A stretch of DNA of 37,541 nt from a virus. Positions within the stretch are counted from its first letter, which is position 1, and each line of letters opens with the position of its first letter. A program made the position numbers and the translations under genes. The notes beneath the pieces were generated by a model. The model searched no databases, had not been told where the DNA came from, and worked only from the letters and a program-made list of their open reading frames with translations. The DNA is taken from UHGV virus genome UHGV-0082335; one strand, written 5' to 3'. Shown in pieces: positions 1 through 10,074 of this stretch.

Positions 1-85
1 CATGGTTCGCGTCAGGTCGTTGACAGCCGCACTCCATGACGGGTAAAAAGTGGATAAAATAATTTTACCCACCGGATTTTTACCC

Positions 86-1243
86 ATGCTCACCGTTAAG
101 CAGATTGAAGCAGCAAAGCCGAAAGAAAAACCATACCGCCTTCTCGATGGTAATGGCCTGTACCTTTATGTCCCTGTATCCGGGAAAAAGGTATGGCAGC
201 TTCGCTACAAGATTGACGGTAAGGAGAAAATCCTGACTGTCGGAAAATATCCGCTTATGACTTTGCAAGAGGCAAGGGATAAAGCATGGACTGCGAGGAA
301 AGACATCTCGGTTGGCATCGATCCGGTAAAGGCGAAAAAGGCTTCGTCTAACAACAATTCCTTTAGTGCGATTTACAAGGAATGGTACGAGCACAAGAAG
401 CAAGTCTGGTCAGTAGGCTATGCAAACGAACTTGCCAAAATGTTTGACGACGACATTTTACCCATCATCGGCGGCCTTGAAATTCAGGATATTGAGCCGA
501 TGCAACTGCTGGAAGTAATCCGCAGATTTGAAGATCGCGGTGCAATGGAGCGAGCCAACAAAGCCCGCAGAAGATGCGGAGAGGTTTTCCGTTACGCTAT
601 TGTCACCGGAAGGGCTAAATATAACCCGGCACCTGACCTTGCAGACGCCATGAAAGGATACCGCAAGAAGAACTTCCCGTTTCTTCCTGCAGACCAGATC
701 CCGGCATTCAACAAAGCACTTGCAACATTTTCAGGAAGTATCGTATCGCTCATTGCCACCAAGGTTTTACGCTATACAGCCCTAAGAACGAAAGAGCTTC
801 GTTCCATGCAATGGAAGAACGTCGATTTTGAAAACAGGATTATCACCATCGACGCCAATGTGATGAAGGGCCGCAAGATTCATGTAGTACCGATGTCAGA
901 CCAGGTAGTTGAACTTCTCACTACGCTAAGCTCAATCACCAAACCAGTATCAGAGTTTGTTTTTGCCGGGCGCAACGATAAGAAGAAGCCAATCTGCGAG
1001 AACGCGGTATTGCTTGTGATCAAACAAATCGGCTATGAGGGTCTGGAAAGCGGTCACGGATTCAGGCATGAATTCAGCACAATTATGAACGAGCACGAAT
1101 GGCCTGCTGACGCTATTGAAGTGCAACTGGCACATGCCAACGGCGGATCTGTGCGTGGGATTTACAACCATGCTCAGTATCTAGAAAAGCGCAGAGAAAT
1201 GATGCAATGGTGGGCGGATTGGATTGATGAAAAGGTGGAGTGA
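86..1243 (+). CDS. int: Tyrosine integrase, P4/IntS-type (385 aa); the six-frame ORF begins at GTG 50 but ATG 86 (MLTVKQIEAAKPK...) is the likely start
   Basis: N-terminal MLTVKQIEAAKPKEKPYRLLDGNGLYLYV is typical of P4-family arm-binding domains; the C-terminal catalytic region (RHEFST..., LAHANGGSVRGIYNH) fits a tyrosine recombinase. From memory it closely matches E. coli IntS of the argW-linked cryptic prophage. Confidence 0.9.
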   Translation: MLTVKQIEAAKPKEKPYRLLDGNGLYLYVPVSGKKVWQLRYKIDGKEKILTVGKYPLMTLQEARDKAWTARKDISVGIDPVKAKKASSNNNSFSAIYKEWYEHKKQVWSVGYANELAKMFDDDILPIIGGLEIQDIEPMQLLEVIRRFEDRGAMERANKARRRCGEVFRYAIVTGRAKYNPAPDLADAMKGYRKKNFPFLPADQIPAFNKALATFSGSIVSLIATKVLRYTALRTKELRSMQWKNVDFENRIITIDANVMKGRKIHVVPMSDQVVELLTTLSSITKPVSEFVFAGRNDKKKPICENAVLLVIKQIGYEGLESGHGFRHEFSTIMNEHEWPADAIEVQLAHANGGSVRGIYNHAQYLEKRREMMQWWADWIDEKVE

Positions 1244-1268
1244 CCAACCTTAACCACTATCGGATAGT

Positions 1269-1305
1269 ACAAAGCTTTGCAATCCAGACAAGGCTTTGTT
1301 TTGTC
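1269..1305 (+). terminator. Weak hairpin plus T-rich tail downstream of int
   Basis: ACAAAGC(1269-1275)/GCTTTGT(1293-1299) stem followed by TTTGTC; lies in the 91-bp gap between the convergent int and tailspike genes. Confidence 0.3.
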
Positions 1306-1334
1306 TAAGTTTGGTCACATTAGATGTGAAATCT

Positions 1335-3338
1335 TCAAATCAGCCCATAAATAACATTATGCAAATGAAGAGAGCCTGCTTCACCGGAAACATCAAAATC
1401 AATCCTAACTTTGCTTGCTCCAGGAGGAACAATATCTATTAATGCGTAGAAATTCCATGTGGAGCCTAGTGGAATTGTAAATGTTGCTTTTCCCTGAACA
1501 GAGTTCCCTTCTTTATCAAAAAACTCAATACCAGAGATTGTTGTCACTTGATTCTTAGCCCAAAAACCTAACTGGAAATATCGTCCTGGTGAGCAGTCTG
1601 AGCACTCCTGATAAAATTTTGCAGATGCTCCTATAGATGGTATTGCTACATACAAAGACCTGGAAAACATAATATCATTTGGAACATCAGAATCCGTTCC
1701 TGCTGTAACAACACCTGAACCAGTTTGTTGAAGGCTCCAGTTAGAGTAGTTTAAAAACTGTCCACTTCCATTTGATAGCGAATTTATGTATGGACTAACT
1801 ATGTTCCCTTTATCCCACTGAGTTGTTATAAATCCAGATCGTGGATAGCATCCATATGACATTATTTTTTTACTATTACCTCCAACTACCTGTCTAGTTG
1901 CTGATCCTGTCGCCAAATCCATTTGGTCAAATAAAGGCAATGAGCAATTTGTTAATGAAAGTACTGAATCATCATTTACAACAAACGGAACTGAACTATA
2001 TCCAGAGGGAGTAAGTAGCGTTGTATCTTTAATGCTTATTCTTGTGCTTCCAGATGCAGAGAACGCCACAAAGCTTTGACCTGGCTGAAACTCAATATTT
2101 CCACTTGAGTAAACAACGGTTGCGTTATCTTCAATAAAAACAGTAGAATCAAAATAACCTTCTTTCTTACCTGATGGCATAGAGCAACAGTTAAAAATAA
2201 ATTGACCATTTCTAATTGTCAATGGACCTCCATTATCAACAACCCAACAATTATTAAATGTCATTACCTCGCCTGAGTTTGATGGAGAATTAAATATAAT
2301 TGTGTTGTTTAGACATCTTGATATTGTTACTTTGTCAAATAAAATTCTATATGAATTATCAAGAAACTCAATTCCAGCAGATGATATGAATGAAGAATTA
2401 CTTATTCTTAACTCTGATAATTCACCAGTGCCAATACCTCCAAGTAAAATCTTTTTAGATCCTAGCATCTTAAAAGATATGCCATCTAAAATTGATGTTG
2501 CATTTATTTCATCCCTATTATCATAAGAAATATTAGAGTTGCTTAACCTAATTGCATAATCGCCTGATATCCCATTAATCTCAGTTAAAACGCATTTATT
2601 CGATCCTCTTATCCCACCCTTCGCGAAATCAATATCAATTAAAGACGAGAATTCTCCACTACATGGAACAACGCAATCATAACCTAGAGAGTTTATTTTA
2701 TTAATAAATAATGCAATATCCCCAGCGCCGCTGTAACCAGCGTCATATACAGAAAACTCAAGGCTTGGGTTTATTCTCTTCCAATTTACACCGTTACCTT
2801 CTAAAACCATTACGTTATCAACTGCAATTGACTTGTCTACAGCTACAACAAACCCACCACCAAGTTCGAGTCCGGATACGTATGATTTTAAATATAATTT
2901 ATCAGATATCGACATTCCTTGTATATCTTTAAGGGAGTTAGCGCTCTCTACCATTCCAATGTATTTGTATCCAATATTACTTGATAGTTTTATAGATAAC
3001 TGATCAGGATCATACTTCAGCACATTAGGAAAATAAAACTGCTGCGCACCATATGCATCATAAACAGCCATAGAATGGCCTTGCACAGTTACGAACTTGG
3101 CAATCTGCCCGTTATATACCGGGTAACCAGCAGCGTTAATGATGATTGGTTGCGAAACAGGAACGTGAGAACCGTCTTCGTTTTCCACATAAACCTGAAT
3201 CTGGTTTTCAGGATTTACCGGGTCAGTGTCAATTTTACCGATATAAATTTTGCCATTGGCTACGGCTTTAAAAGAACGAGCCATAGTGAAGAGTTGCGAA
3301 GGCATCGATACGATCACATTGGCTGTAATGTCTGTCAT
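1335..3338 (-). CDS. Tailspike protein (667 aa): P22 gp9-type N-terminal head-binding domain fused to a divergent receptor-binding domain
   Basis: First ~110 aa ([46 protein letters not shown]...LKYDPDQ) match the P22 tailspike head-binding domain as I recall it; the remainder is unrelated to the P22 endorhamnosidase domain and is Ser/Asn/Gly/Ile-rich, consistent with a beta-helix. Confidence 0.9.
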   Translation of the reverse strand: MTDITANVIVSMPSQLFTMARSFKAVANGKIYIGKIDTDPVNPENQIQVYVENEDGSHVPVSQPIIINAAGYPVYNGQIAKFVTVQGHSMAVYDAYGAQQFYFPNVLKYDPDQLSIKLSSNIGYKYIGMVESANSLKDIQGMSISDKLYLKSYVSGLELGGGFVVAVDKSIAVDNVMVLEGNGVNWKRINPSLEFSVYDAGYSGAGDIALFINKINSLGYDCVVPCSGEFSSLIDIDFAKGGIRGSNKCVLTEINGISGDYAIRLSNSNISYDNRDEINATSILDGISFKMLGSKKILLGGIGTGELSELRISNSSFISSAGIEFLDNSYRILFDKVTISRCLNNTIIFNSPSNSGEVMTFNNCWVVDNGGPLTIRNGQFIFNCCSMPSGKKEGYFDSTVFIEDNATVVYSSGNIEFQPGQSFVAFSASGSTRISIKDTTLLTPSGYSSVPFVVNDDSVLSLTNCSLPLFDQMDLATGSATRQVVGGNSKKIMSYGCYPRSGFITTQWDKGNIVSPYINSLSNGSGQFLNYSNWSLQQTGSGVVTAGTDSDVPNDIMFSRSLYVAIPSIGASAKFYQECSDCSPGRYFQLGFWAKNQVTTISGIEFFDKEGNSVQGKATFTIPLGSTWNFYALIDIVPPGASKVRIDFDVSGEAGSLHLHNVIYGLI

Positions 3339-3395
3339 TTAATTTGCTCCAGATACAAGGAATCGCCGCAGCGTAGCTACGGTGAATTTTGGGCA

Positions 3396-3420
3396 TAAAA
3401 AAACCCAGCCGAAGCTGGGT
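3396..3420 (-). terminator. Intrinsic terminator downstream of ant
   Basis: On the minus strand: ACCCAGC-UUCG-GCUGGGU stem-loop (3403-3420) followed by a 7-U run (3396-3402). Confidence 0.65.
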
Positions 3421-3438
3421 CGTTGCGTTGGTTATCTG

Positions 3439-4317
3439 TCAGTAGTTATGTACTGAAGGAGGCAATTCTTTATTCTTAAGTCTCATCCATGCGGAAAGAT
3501 TCGTTGGTCCGTCTGGCTCATTAATATCAACATCTCGTGTGTGGTTTATTAAAACGTCTCTCGCCATTCCGATAACATACGAGAATTCATGACCGTAGTC
3601 GTAGCATCTGCCGGAATAGTTCGATTGAATTTGTTTTAGCGCCGGATACAGTTCGCGGAATAATGCCTGTGAGCGGTTGGCATAATCCCATAACCATACA
3701 AGGCTGTTTGCTTCTTTTGCAGAAAGCTCGTTGGTTTTCTTCTCTTGTTTGCCAATGAACTCACCTTCAAGCACTACCCTGTGGATGTACTCTACGGCCA
3801 GCGGGATTTGTTCAATTGAAAGTTCATCAATGCTGTCAATACCAAAACGCTGATGAACCATATTGTATGCATCGTCATAGCGAAGTCCTTTCTTTCCTAC
3901 CAGCATGTTTACTGCATCGCGTAGCGGTGTTCTTTCCTCAACAGTGGTTTTCTTTCCTTTTACATACTCGCCATGTTTGCGAATTGAAGGCAGAACTTCT
4001 GCTGTTACCCACTTGCGGAATTTGTGCGGGACTGAACCTTTATTGACTGCATCGCGGCAGCGCAGAACCAATGTATACATACCTGATTCGCTCACAATGC
4101 TTAGATTCTGCTCACCACCAAGGGTGTAACTTAAAGTTACTCCCTTTTCATCGTCATCAAGTGCAGTAAGCGCCTTGCGTGAGTTAGTCAAATCTAAAGC
4201 ATCACAAACATCTTTAGCTACAAACCACGGCTCACCGCACTTGTTGATGACGCGGATTTCACTGTCGCCGAATTTGAAGATGGTGAAATCGTTTTGTGCC
4301 TTTGCTATACTTTTCAT
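3439..4317 (-). CDS. ant: Antirepressor Ant (292 aa)
   Basis: N-terminal antirepressor-type domain ([16 protein letters not shown]) and the position immediately downstream of arc, as in P22 immI. Confidence 0.85.
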   Translation of the reverse strand: MKSIAKAQNDFTIFKFGDSEIRVINKCGEPWFVAKDVCDALDLTNSRKALTALDDDEKGVTLSYTLGGEQNLSIVSESGMYTLVLRCRDAVNKGSVPHKFRKWVTAEVLPSIRKHGEYVKGKKTTVEERTPLRDAVNMLVGKKGLRYDDAYNMVHQRFGIDSIDELSIEQIPLAVEYIHRVVLEGEFIGKQEKKTNELSAKEANSLVWLWDYANRSQALFRELYPALKQIQSNYSGRCYDYGHEFSYVIGMARDVLINHTRDVDINEPDGPTNLSAWMRLKNKELPPSVHNY

Positions 4318-4383
4318 GTCAATATTTCCTAATCCGATTTGTTGATGCCGAAGCCCTGACTGTTACAGCAGTTGGGGCTTCAA
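4314..4383 (+). ncRNA. sar: Candidate sar-like antisense RNA covering the ant RBS and the arc-ant intercistronic region
   Basis: Inferred by analogy with P22 immI. Possible promoter GTGAAA-17 nt-TATACT (-10 at 4302-4307) inside the ant 5' end; hairpin GAAGCCC...GGGCTTC at 4349-4381. No direct evidence of transcription. Confidence 0.3.
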
Positions 4384-4385
4384 CT

Positions 4386-4547
4386 TTACGCACCAATGCG
4401 CCCTTCCTTCTTAAAGCTTTCCATTACTCGCTGATAAATCTCAGAATTAACAGACCGACCATTTTCTTCCGCCACCTTGCGTACCAAATCCAATACTTCT
4501 TTAGGCCACCGCAAATTGAACTGTGGCATTTTGCTCATTCCTTTCAT
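4386..4547 (-). CDS. arc: Arc repressor (53 aa; true start at the internal ATG 4547, not ORF start 4610)
   Basis: MKGMSKMPQFNLRWPKEVLDLVRKVAEENGRSVNSEIYQRVMESFKKEGRIGA is essentially the P22 Arc sequence as I recall it (ribbon-helix-helix). Confidence 0.9.
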   Translation of the reverse strand: MKGMSKMPQFNLRWPKEVLDLVRKVAEENGRSVNSEIYQRVMESFKKEGRIGA

Positions 4548-4561
4548 GTTCACCTCACAAT

Positions 4562-4582
4562 ATAGGTCCACGGTGGACCTAT
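4562..4582. promoter_or_regulatory. Mnt operator (Omnt), perfect 21-bp palindrome
   Basis: ATAGGTCCACGGTGGACCTAT is perfectly self-complementary and matches the P22 mnt operator as I recall it; it sits at the predicted Pant start site. Confidence 0.8.
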
Positions 4583-4586
4583 TGAG

Positions 4587-4615
4587 AATATAGTAGAGTG
4601 CTTCTATCATGTCAA
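4587..4615 (-). promoter_or_regulatory. Pant promoter (-35 TTGACA 4610-4615, -10 TATATT 4587-4592) with the Arc operator (4590-4610) in the spacer
   Basis: Consensus -35 and near-consensus -10 with 17-bp spacing on the minus strand; the spacer ATAGTAGAGTGCTTCTATCAT matches the 21-bp Arc operator as I recall it. Confidence 0.7.
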
Positions 4616-4637
4616 TACACTAACTTGGAGTGATGGC

Positions 4638-4892
4638 ATGGCTAGAGATGATCCGCACTTTAACTTCCGTATGCCTTTGGAAGTAAGAGAAAAATTGAAA
4701 TTAAGAGCCGAGGCTAACGGAAGGTCAATGAACTCTGAGTTATTACAAATCGTTCAGGATGCACTATCAAAACCATCACCGATTACAGGATATCGCGACG
4801 AAGCTGAACGCTTGGCTGATCAGCAGGCTGAGCAGTTCAAGGCTATAGTGTTTGAGACACTTAAAAAGATTTATGAAAAGGATTTGAAATGA
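4638..4892 (+). CDS. mnt: Mnt maintenance repressor (84 aa)
   Basis: MARDDPHFNFRMPLEVREKLKLRAEANGRSMNSELLQIVQDALSKPSP closely matches P22 Mnt as I recall it; GGAGTG RBS; divergent from arc across the operators. Confidence 0.9.
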   Translation: MARDDPHFNFRMPLEVREKLKLRAEANGRSMNSELLQIVQDALSKPSPITGYRDEAERLADQQAEQFKAIVFETLKKIYEKDLK

Positions 4893-5224
4893 GATTTCTA
4901 TCACTGTTCTTGTTAGCAGTTGTCTCTTCTTCCAGTGCTGAGCTGCGCGAGCTTCAAACGGGTAATGACCTTCTTTACAACATTCAACAAGGTAAAAAGG
5001 GTGATGATTTTTCATCGCTTTACATTACTGGATATTTGCGCGGAGTAACTGACTCATTGATACTAATTGGTTCTCTATGTCCTCCTGATGGCGTTGACAT
5101 GTATCAATACACCGATATCGTTGAGAAATATCTAAACAAAAACCCAGAATCAAGAAATGAGAGTGCAGTTATACTAACCGCCCTAGCAGTAGGAAAAACA
5201 TTTCCGTGCAAAAAGAATCAATAA
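4889..5224 (+). CDS. Small secreted protein (111 aa), start overlaps the mnt stop (ATGA)
   Basis: N-terminal signal peptide MRFLSLFLLAVVSSSSA; helix-like mature region with two Cys (SLCPPDG, FPCKK); visibly AT-rich; translationally coupled to mnt. Confidence 0.6.
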   Translation: MRFLSLFLLAVVSSSSAELRELQTGNDLLYNIQQGKKGDDFSSLYITGYLRGVTDSLILIGSLCPPDGVDMYQYTDIVEKYLNKNPESRNESAVILTALAVGKTFPCKKNQ

Positions 5225-5239
5225 CAATAAGGGCTTAAA

Positions 5240-5629
5240 ATGAAATTGATTATAGCAATGGCTTTCCTTGTCTTCTCGTTTTCTGTCTCAGCAGAGTGCT
5301 GGGTCGTTGGAGATATGCACGGAATAAGCTATTCAGAACGAAATAATTTTCAACCGGAAGAAGATGGTTTTAGTGGAACATTCATCATTAAGACAAACGG
5401 TGAAGATGCCAGTATCACATATTCTGGGACGGATGCGGGCGGCATGGCTTACAAAGCATTGTCTAAAAACTCCATCATTGGAATCGGCGCGAATGGCGAA
5501 ACTCAACGAGTTATCGACTCATGGGTAATACATCCTAATGGAACAGTTTTAATGTCGAAAACCATTTCTGGTTATGGGAATATGGATTCAACCAAAGCTT
5601 TTGTTGGAAAAGTAAAAAGAAAATGTTAA
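5240..5629 (+). CDS. Small secreted protein (129 aa)
   Basis: Signal peptide MKLIIAMAFLVFSFSVSA; mature protein begins EC..., ends ...KRKC (two Cys), Gly/Ser/Thr-rich; AT-rich; RBS-like AAGGG upstream. Confidence 0.6.
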   Translation: MKLIIAMAFLVFSFSVSAECWVVGDMHGISYSERNNFQPEEDGFSGTFIIKTNGEDASITYSGTDAGGMAYKALSKNSIIGIGANGETQRVIDSWVIHPNGTVLMSKTISGYGNMDSTKAFVGKVKRKC

Positions 5630-5653
5630 CGATTGAATCCAATTCCCCATACG

Positions 5654-7495
5654 TTACTGCTGTGTTGCCTCAGTAGCAAGCAGCGGCCTGATGGCATTTG
5701 CAGCGTTACTCAACGCTCTTTCATAGGCTGGCGTTCCAGCTTTAGTGTTTGCCAGACGTAAGAGAGCATTCCTTGCTGCTTTGGACTCATACAAACGCAT
5801 CATTGCACCAAAGCCAGCCTCAAGCCCCATTGATACACCAAGAGTCGCAGTTGCGCCAATCGTCCTTATCCTGTTGGCTTGTGATTGCCCCGTCTGAGTT
5901 ACTACATTTGCGGTGTCTGACCTTGCTGTTTGCTGTAGAACTTCATGAAGAGCATCAAGCTCTTTCATGTGCTTTCCAGAAAAAATAGTGTTGTAAATTT
6001 CACCGCCTGACTGAGATTTCAGCTTATTAACTTCAGTGATGAACTTGGCTGGAGAGTCACCGGCCTTTTCCGCTATTTTGCTGACGTAAGCTGCACGCAT
6101 AGCATCTTTCCCTTTATCATCCAGGGCGCTCCATATTCGTTTCACGTCAGATGGTTTTCTGCTTAATACAACGGTATTTATAAGTTCAGGACTGGCTTCA
6201 CTGCTTGCCTTGTTGAGCTTGTTAGCAATGTTTTTATTAAGCACCTTATTATAAACGTTTGCATAATCAGAATTTGCTTTAAGGTATTTTGCTGCGTCTG
6301 ATGCACCGAGGTTTTTAGCAACTGCGTTACGAAGGTCTTTTGACATTGCATTCTCTACCATATTGGTAGCTGCTTTTGCCTGGTTGGGGAAGACCATAGC
6401 ATCTCCCTGAACATTAGATCTAAATGCTGTTCTGTGCTGACGCAAGAGATCAAACGTAACATCCAAATCAGTTGCAGGGTTTGCTAATTCTTCACGTAGG
6501 TTACGCAAGGATGTAAGCAGGCTTTGATTGGCAGACGTCCCAAGCCGTTCCTGTCTTGCGATCGCTGTATTCAGAGCATTCATGGTATTTGTGGTATCAA
6601 CTGCGGCATTACCCATTTTATTGGTGACGTCATTGATAACAGCGCCAGCGGCATCCTTCCGCCCCCTTAACGTGGTGGTAAGAGATTTCACCACATCATC
6701 AGGGTTGTACTCACCAAAACGGTCAAAATAATTACTTACCAGCTTACTACGCGTTGCATATTGCTCCGCTCGCTTTGAGCCTGTCCCGAGCAAAGCCCCC
6801 TCGGCATCCTGAGTTAGGCCGCGAGTGAAAGCATTTTTCGGCGGGATAACATCAGATGTCATTGGTGTCACGCCCATCGATTCTGATGTGGCAATTTTCT
6901 TCGCCACTTCTGGCGCAATATCACCTTTTATAGCCGTTATTCCACGCCCTATTCCCTTTGCTGCTGCGGAAAGAACACCCTGAGTGGCAAGGTTAACTCC
7001 GGCATTTTTAGCTGCATTTTGTGCGAAATCGCCTTTCTGATTTGCGGCCTCTGCCAGTGATCCAATAGCCATGCTTCCTGCCGTTCCAACTCCTGGAACT
7101 AAATACCCACCAATTGTTTCACCGGCTTGCGCGTAGGGGTCTGTCGGTCTGTCTACTGGACGATAAACATCATCCAAAACCTTGGGTCCACCAAGCCCCT
7201 GACTGATTGCATTAATCAGACTTGCGCCGCCCTGCAATACGTCAAATGGTATGTTTACCAGACCACGACCAGCCTGTTCTGCAATTTGCCCTGCACTTTG
7301 ACCACCAGTGAGCCAATCGCCAGCTTGTTGCATCAATGATGGTTCTTCCCGTGTTGGTGCATTATTGGCCTGATTAACTGTTTGTTGCTGAACAGCCTGA
7401 CCAGCAAAATACTCATCAATGGCGGTGCCAATATCTTCGGTGCTCGTACCATCAGGAAAGGTAAATGTCTTACCGTTTGCAGTTACTTTCATCAT
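5654..7495 (-). CDS. Ejection (injection) protein, P22 gp16 homolog (613 aa)
   Basis: N-terminus [32 protein letters not shown] and size match P22 gp16 as I recall it; position 16-20-7 conserved. Confidence 0.85.
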   Translation of the reverse strand: MMKVTANGKTFTFPDGTSTEDIGTAIDEYFAGQAVQQQTVNQANNAPTREEPSLMQQAGDWLTGGQSAGQIAEQAGRGLVNIPFDVLQGGASLINAISQGLGGPKVLDDVYRPVDRPTDPYAQAGETIGGYLVPGVGTAGSMAIGSLAEAANQKGDFAQNAAKNAGVNLATQGVLSAAAKGIGRGITAIKGDIAPEVAKKIATSESMGVTPMTSDVIPPKNAFTRGLTQDAEGALLGTGSKRAEQYATRSKLVSNYFDRFGEYNPDDVVKSLTTTLRGRKDAAGAVINDVTNKMGNAAVDTTNTMNALNTAIARQERLGTSANQSLLTSLRNLREELANPATDLDVTFDLLRQHRTAFRSNVQGDAMVFPNQAKAATNMVENAMSKDLRNAVAKNLGASDAAKYLKANSDYANVYNKVLNKNIANKLNKASSEASPELINTVVLSRKPSDVKRIWSALDDKGKDAMRAAYVSKIAEKAGDSPAKFITEVNKLKSQSGGEIYNTIFSGKHMKELDALHEVLQQTARSDTANVVTQTGQSQANRIRTIGATATLGVSMGLEAGFGAMMRLYESKAARNALLRLANTKAGTPAYERALSNAANAIRPLLATEATQQ

Positions 7496-8907
7496 TCCAC
7501 CGTAAATTGAATGCCTGATTTTGAGGTATATGATCCAACCTGATTCCGTGGTTCTCCTGAAGGTGTCGAATCTTGTGCTGGCGCTGCGTCAGTATTCATT
7601 GACATATACCGCTTAACGGCACTCCCCAATGATTCACCTTTTTTAACATCCAACCCCAATATCTGACCGCCATTACGCGATTGTCCAGGGTTGCCATTCG
7701 CGCTCATCCACTCGGCTTTAAACTCATTAAACTGCGCGTTTCGTCGCTCAAGGTTTGCCATTGCATCAAGCCATCTTGCGACCGTCTCAGGGTTATCCAT
7801 GTCAGTTGGCGCACCCTGTCGAACGATCTCAACGTCTTTATCCGTTGCTGGGCCGGGAGGTAGGAATTTAAGAACCTGACTGTTAACAAGGGCATTTTGG
7901 CGAATGCGCAAATCACGCAATGTTGTATCGCTTCCGGTAAGTTTTGCGAACATGTTCTGTGCGTTACCGAACAAACCTGTCGTTGGTTTTTCTGCTCTGA
8001 ACTGTTGAGCAAGCGCACTCATAGAATTGGCTGAGTTTGATGATGCTGTAGCATTGTTTACAGCCGTCTCGATGCCTTTTTCCATGTTTACTGACAGCTT
8101 AGGTGCTTCGCTAATCAACTGCTGAGCCTTTTCCTGCGCTTGCTGCATCTTAAACCCGAACTCTTGCTGATCCAGAGCCAAGCGTTGTGCTGCGATATTG
8201 TGCCCAGTCATTGCTGACTGATAGGAAAGGTTTTGCCCTCTCGCCTGAAGTGCTTCACCAGCCTGATTGCTGCGGATTGTCTCTGCCAGCCTGCCTCGGT
8301 CAATCTCACGACCAGCCATCTTGTCCTGAACAGCAAACGCCTTTTCTGGTCCAAGCGCACCGAGAGACATAGTAGTCAGCATGTGTGATAGCTGCTCTGG
8401 ATTCTGGATACCTGTCTGAATCATCCAGTCAGCATTAGCACCAACGCGATTTAACCTGTCCTTGTTGTCAGTAATGAATTTACTGTAGGCTTCCGGTCCC
8501 TGAGAAAGAGCGACGTTAGCCCTCATGGCTAAATCGCCCATATCGTTGCGTTGCTGATCATTAAGACCGGAAAACGCCTGTTGTGCCTGTGCAACAAACG
8601 CTGGATTTTCCTGGGCAAACTTAAATAGTCCCGATGGATCACCAGAAGCCCATGCATCAGCGTGAACCTTATTGAACGCACTAATAGCTTTCTGTTGCTG
8701 TTCCTGATTGTAAATATCAGCAACTCCAGCCAGACCACGTAACGCGGTCAGGCCAACGTTATTTGCACCTGAGCGAGCCAGTTCATTGTTTTCGCGGATC
8801 AGACCAAGCGTTGCGTTAATGTCGCTTGCCTTTGGCGCATTCTCATTTTGCGTACCGATGCCAGCCAGAAAACCACCAGAATTAATACCCTGTTGCCACG
8901 TAGCCAT
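7492..8907 (-). CDS. Ejection protein, P22 gp20 homolog (471 aa)
   Basis: Size and synteny with P22 gene 20; ATGA overlap with the gp16 gene. Confidence 0.8.
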   Translation of the reverse strand: MATWQQGINSGGFLAGIGTQNENAPKASDINATLGLIRENNELARSGANNVGLTALRGLAGVADIYNQEQQQKAISAFNKVHADAWASGDPSGLFKFAQENPAFVAQAQQAFSGLNDQQRNDMGDLAMRANVALSQGPEAYSKFITDNKDRLNRVGANADWMIQTGIQNPEQLSHMLTTMSLGALGPEKAFAVQDKMAGREIDRGRLAETIRSNQAGEALQARGQNLSYQSAMTGHNIAAQRLALDQQEFGFKMQQAQEKAQQLISEAPKLSVNMEKGIETAVNNATASSNSANSMSALAQQFRAEKPTTGLFGNAQNMFAKLTGSDTTLRDLRIRQNALVNSQVLKFLPPGPATDKDVEIVRQGAPTDMDNPETVARWLDAMANLERRNAQFNEFKAEWMSANGNPGQSRNGGQILGLDVKKGESLGSAVKRYMSMNTDAAPAQDSTPSGEPRNQVGSYTSKSGIQFTVE

Positions 8908-8917
8908 TGATTACCCC

Positions 8918-9613
8918 TTAATAAAGCAGTGAACCAAGCAGACCGATACCAGCACCGATACCAGCACCCCACGGAGTTGATGAACCAATTAATTTCGCAA
9001 GTCCAGCCCCAGCAATAGCACCAGACGCACCTCCGCCAATAGCAGATTGCATTGCTGATGGTCTGTTGGCATTTGCCGCTGCAAGAGCCGCACTTTGCTG
9101 CGAAATCTGACTCATGTTGTTGGCATATGTCTGCCCGGCGTTTGCCTGACCTTGCAGTGCGCCAAGACCAATATTTGCCAGATTCTGGTAGTTGTTCATC
9201 TGACCAGATAGCCATTGCTGACCAAGCGTTGGTGCGATTGTTGCTAACTGATTACCGGTTGCAGTGGAACCCAATCCACCTGTTGCTTCCGCTGCCGCCA
9301 GACTCTGATAGCGAGCCTGACCAGCAAGATCTTTGTACTGCTGAGAGTTGTAATACTGGTTAAGTGCCTGACCTTGCCCTTCCAGAGACGATAAGTTCTC
9401 GAGGCTGCCGACATACTTATCAGCCAGAGGAGTAAACGGCTTCAGGTTGTTCATGATGGTGTTGAACTGCTGATTTTGCAGGTCTGCGGCATACTTCTGA
9501 GATTCTGCTGCATACTTTGCGCTTTTATCAGAGCTGCCACCTTTCCCGCCTTTTTCAGGGCAATAAGGTTCCTCGCCGCGCAGTTTTCTGCCCAGCTTAA
9601 ATGCATATAACAT
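8918..9613 (-). CDS. Ejection protein, P22 gp7 homolog (231 aa)
   Basis: Size and synteny; Gly/Ala-rich C-terminus typical of gp7. Confidence 0.8.
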   Translation of the reverse strand: MLYAFKLGRKLRGEEPYCPEKGGKGGSSDKSAKYAAESQKYAADLQNQQFNTIMNNLKPFTPLADKYVGSLENLSSLEGQGQALNQYYNSQQYKDLAGQARYQSLAAAEATGGLGSTATGNQLATIAPTLGQQWLSGQMNNYQNLANIGLGALQGQANAGQTYANNMSQISQQSAALAAANANRPSAMQSAIGGGASGAIAGAGLAKLIGSSTPWGAGIGAGIGLLGSLLY

Positions 9614-9615
9614 GG

Positions 9616-10074
9616 CTATCTCCCGTGATTCAGGAAGTCGATTAGTTCTTCGCGTGTGGCGCTGTAAAAAGTCACGTCATCCACGCCTTTAAAGTATTTC
9701 TTGATGGTTCCGACACGCTTAAGGCCAATCATTGCGCAGTAAATCTGCCCGTGGCGGAATTTGCGTGCGGCGAACGATGTGACGCACTGAACGGTGGTGT
9801 TAGTCAGAATGTATCGCCAGAACGCCAGCCCGATTTCCTTGCTGAAGCCGCGAATCTCTGGCAGGTACATGGCGTGGCAATCGAATGTCAGCGGCTGAAT
9901 CTCCTGATAGTAAACAATGCCGCCGAACTGCCCGTGCACGTTCACCTCAAAGTAACGGCAATCAGGTTTGTAGTCGTATCCATCACCGTTGTTGCTCCCG
10001 GCGATAATGTCAGGGTGATTTCCTACTGCTTCGATCAGGTCGATGTTTCGCGTTGGTTTGAACTGAATCATCAC
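9616..10074 (-). CDS. P22 gene 14-position protein (152 aa), virion assembly/ejection accessory
   Basis: Called by conserved position between the tail needle and gp7 genes; sequence not recognised independently. Confidence 0.55.
   Translation of the reverse strand: MMIQFKPTRNIDLIEAVGNHPDIIAGSNNGDGYDYKPDCRYFEVNVHGQFGGIVYYQEIQPLTFDCHAMYLPEIRGFSKEIGLAFWRYILTNTTVQCVTSFAARKFRHGQIYCAMIGLKRVGTIKKYFKGVDDVTFYSATREELIDFLNHGR

Noticed and set aside
50-85. GTG-initiated 12-codon extension of the integrase
   Set aside because: P4-family integrases characteristically begin at MLTVKQIEAAKPK; ATG 86 gives the expected 385-aa product.
2302-3398. Plus-strand ORFs 2302-2526, 2711-2932 and 3075-3398 inside the tailspike gene
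   Set aside because: Antisense shadow ORFs entirely within a well-supported 667-aa gene; no RBS or independent support.
3816-4565. Plus-strand ORFs 3816-4046, 3905-4129 and 4296-4565 opposite ant and arc
   Set aside because: Overlap confidently identified ant/arc coding sequence on the other strand. Only the short arc-ant intergenic part is kept, as a possible sar-like RNA.
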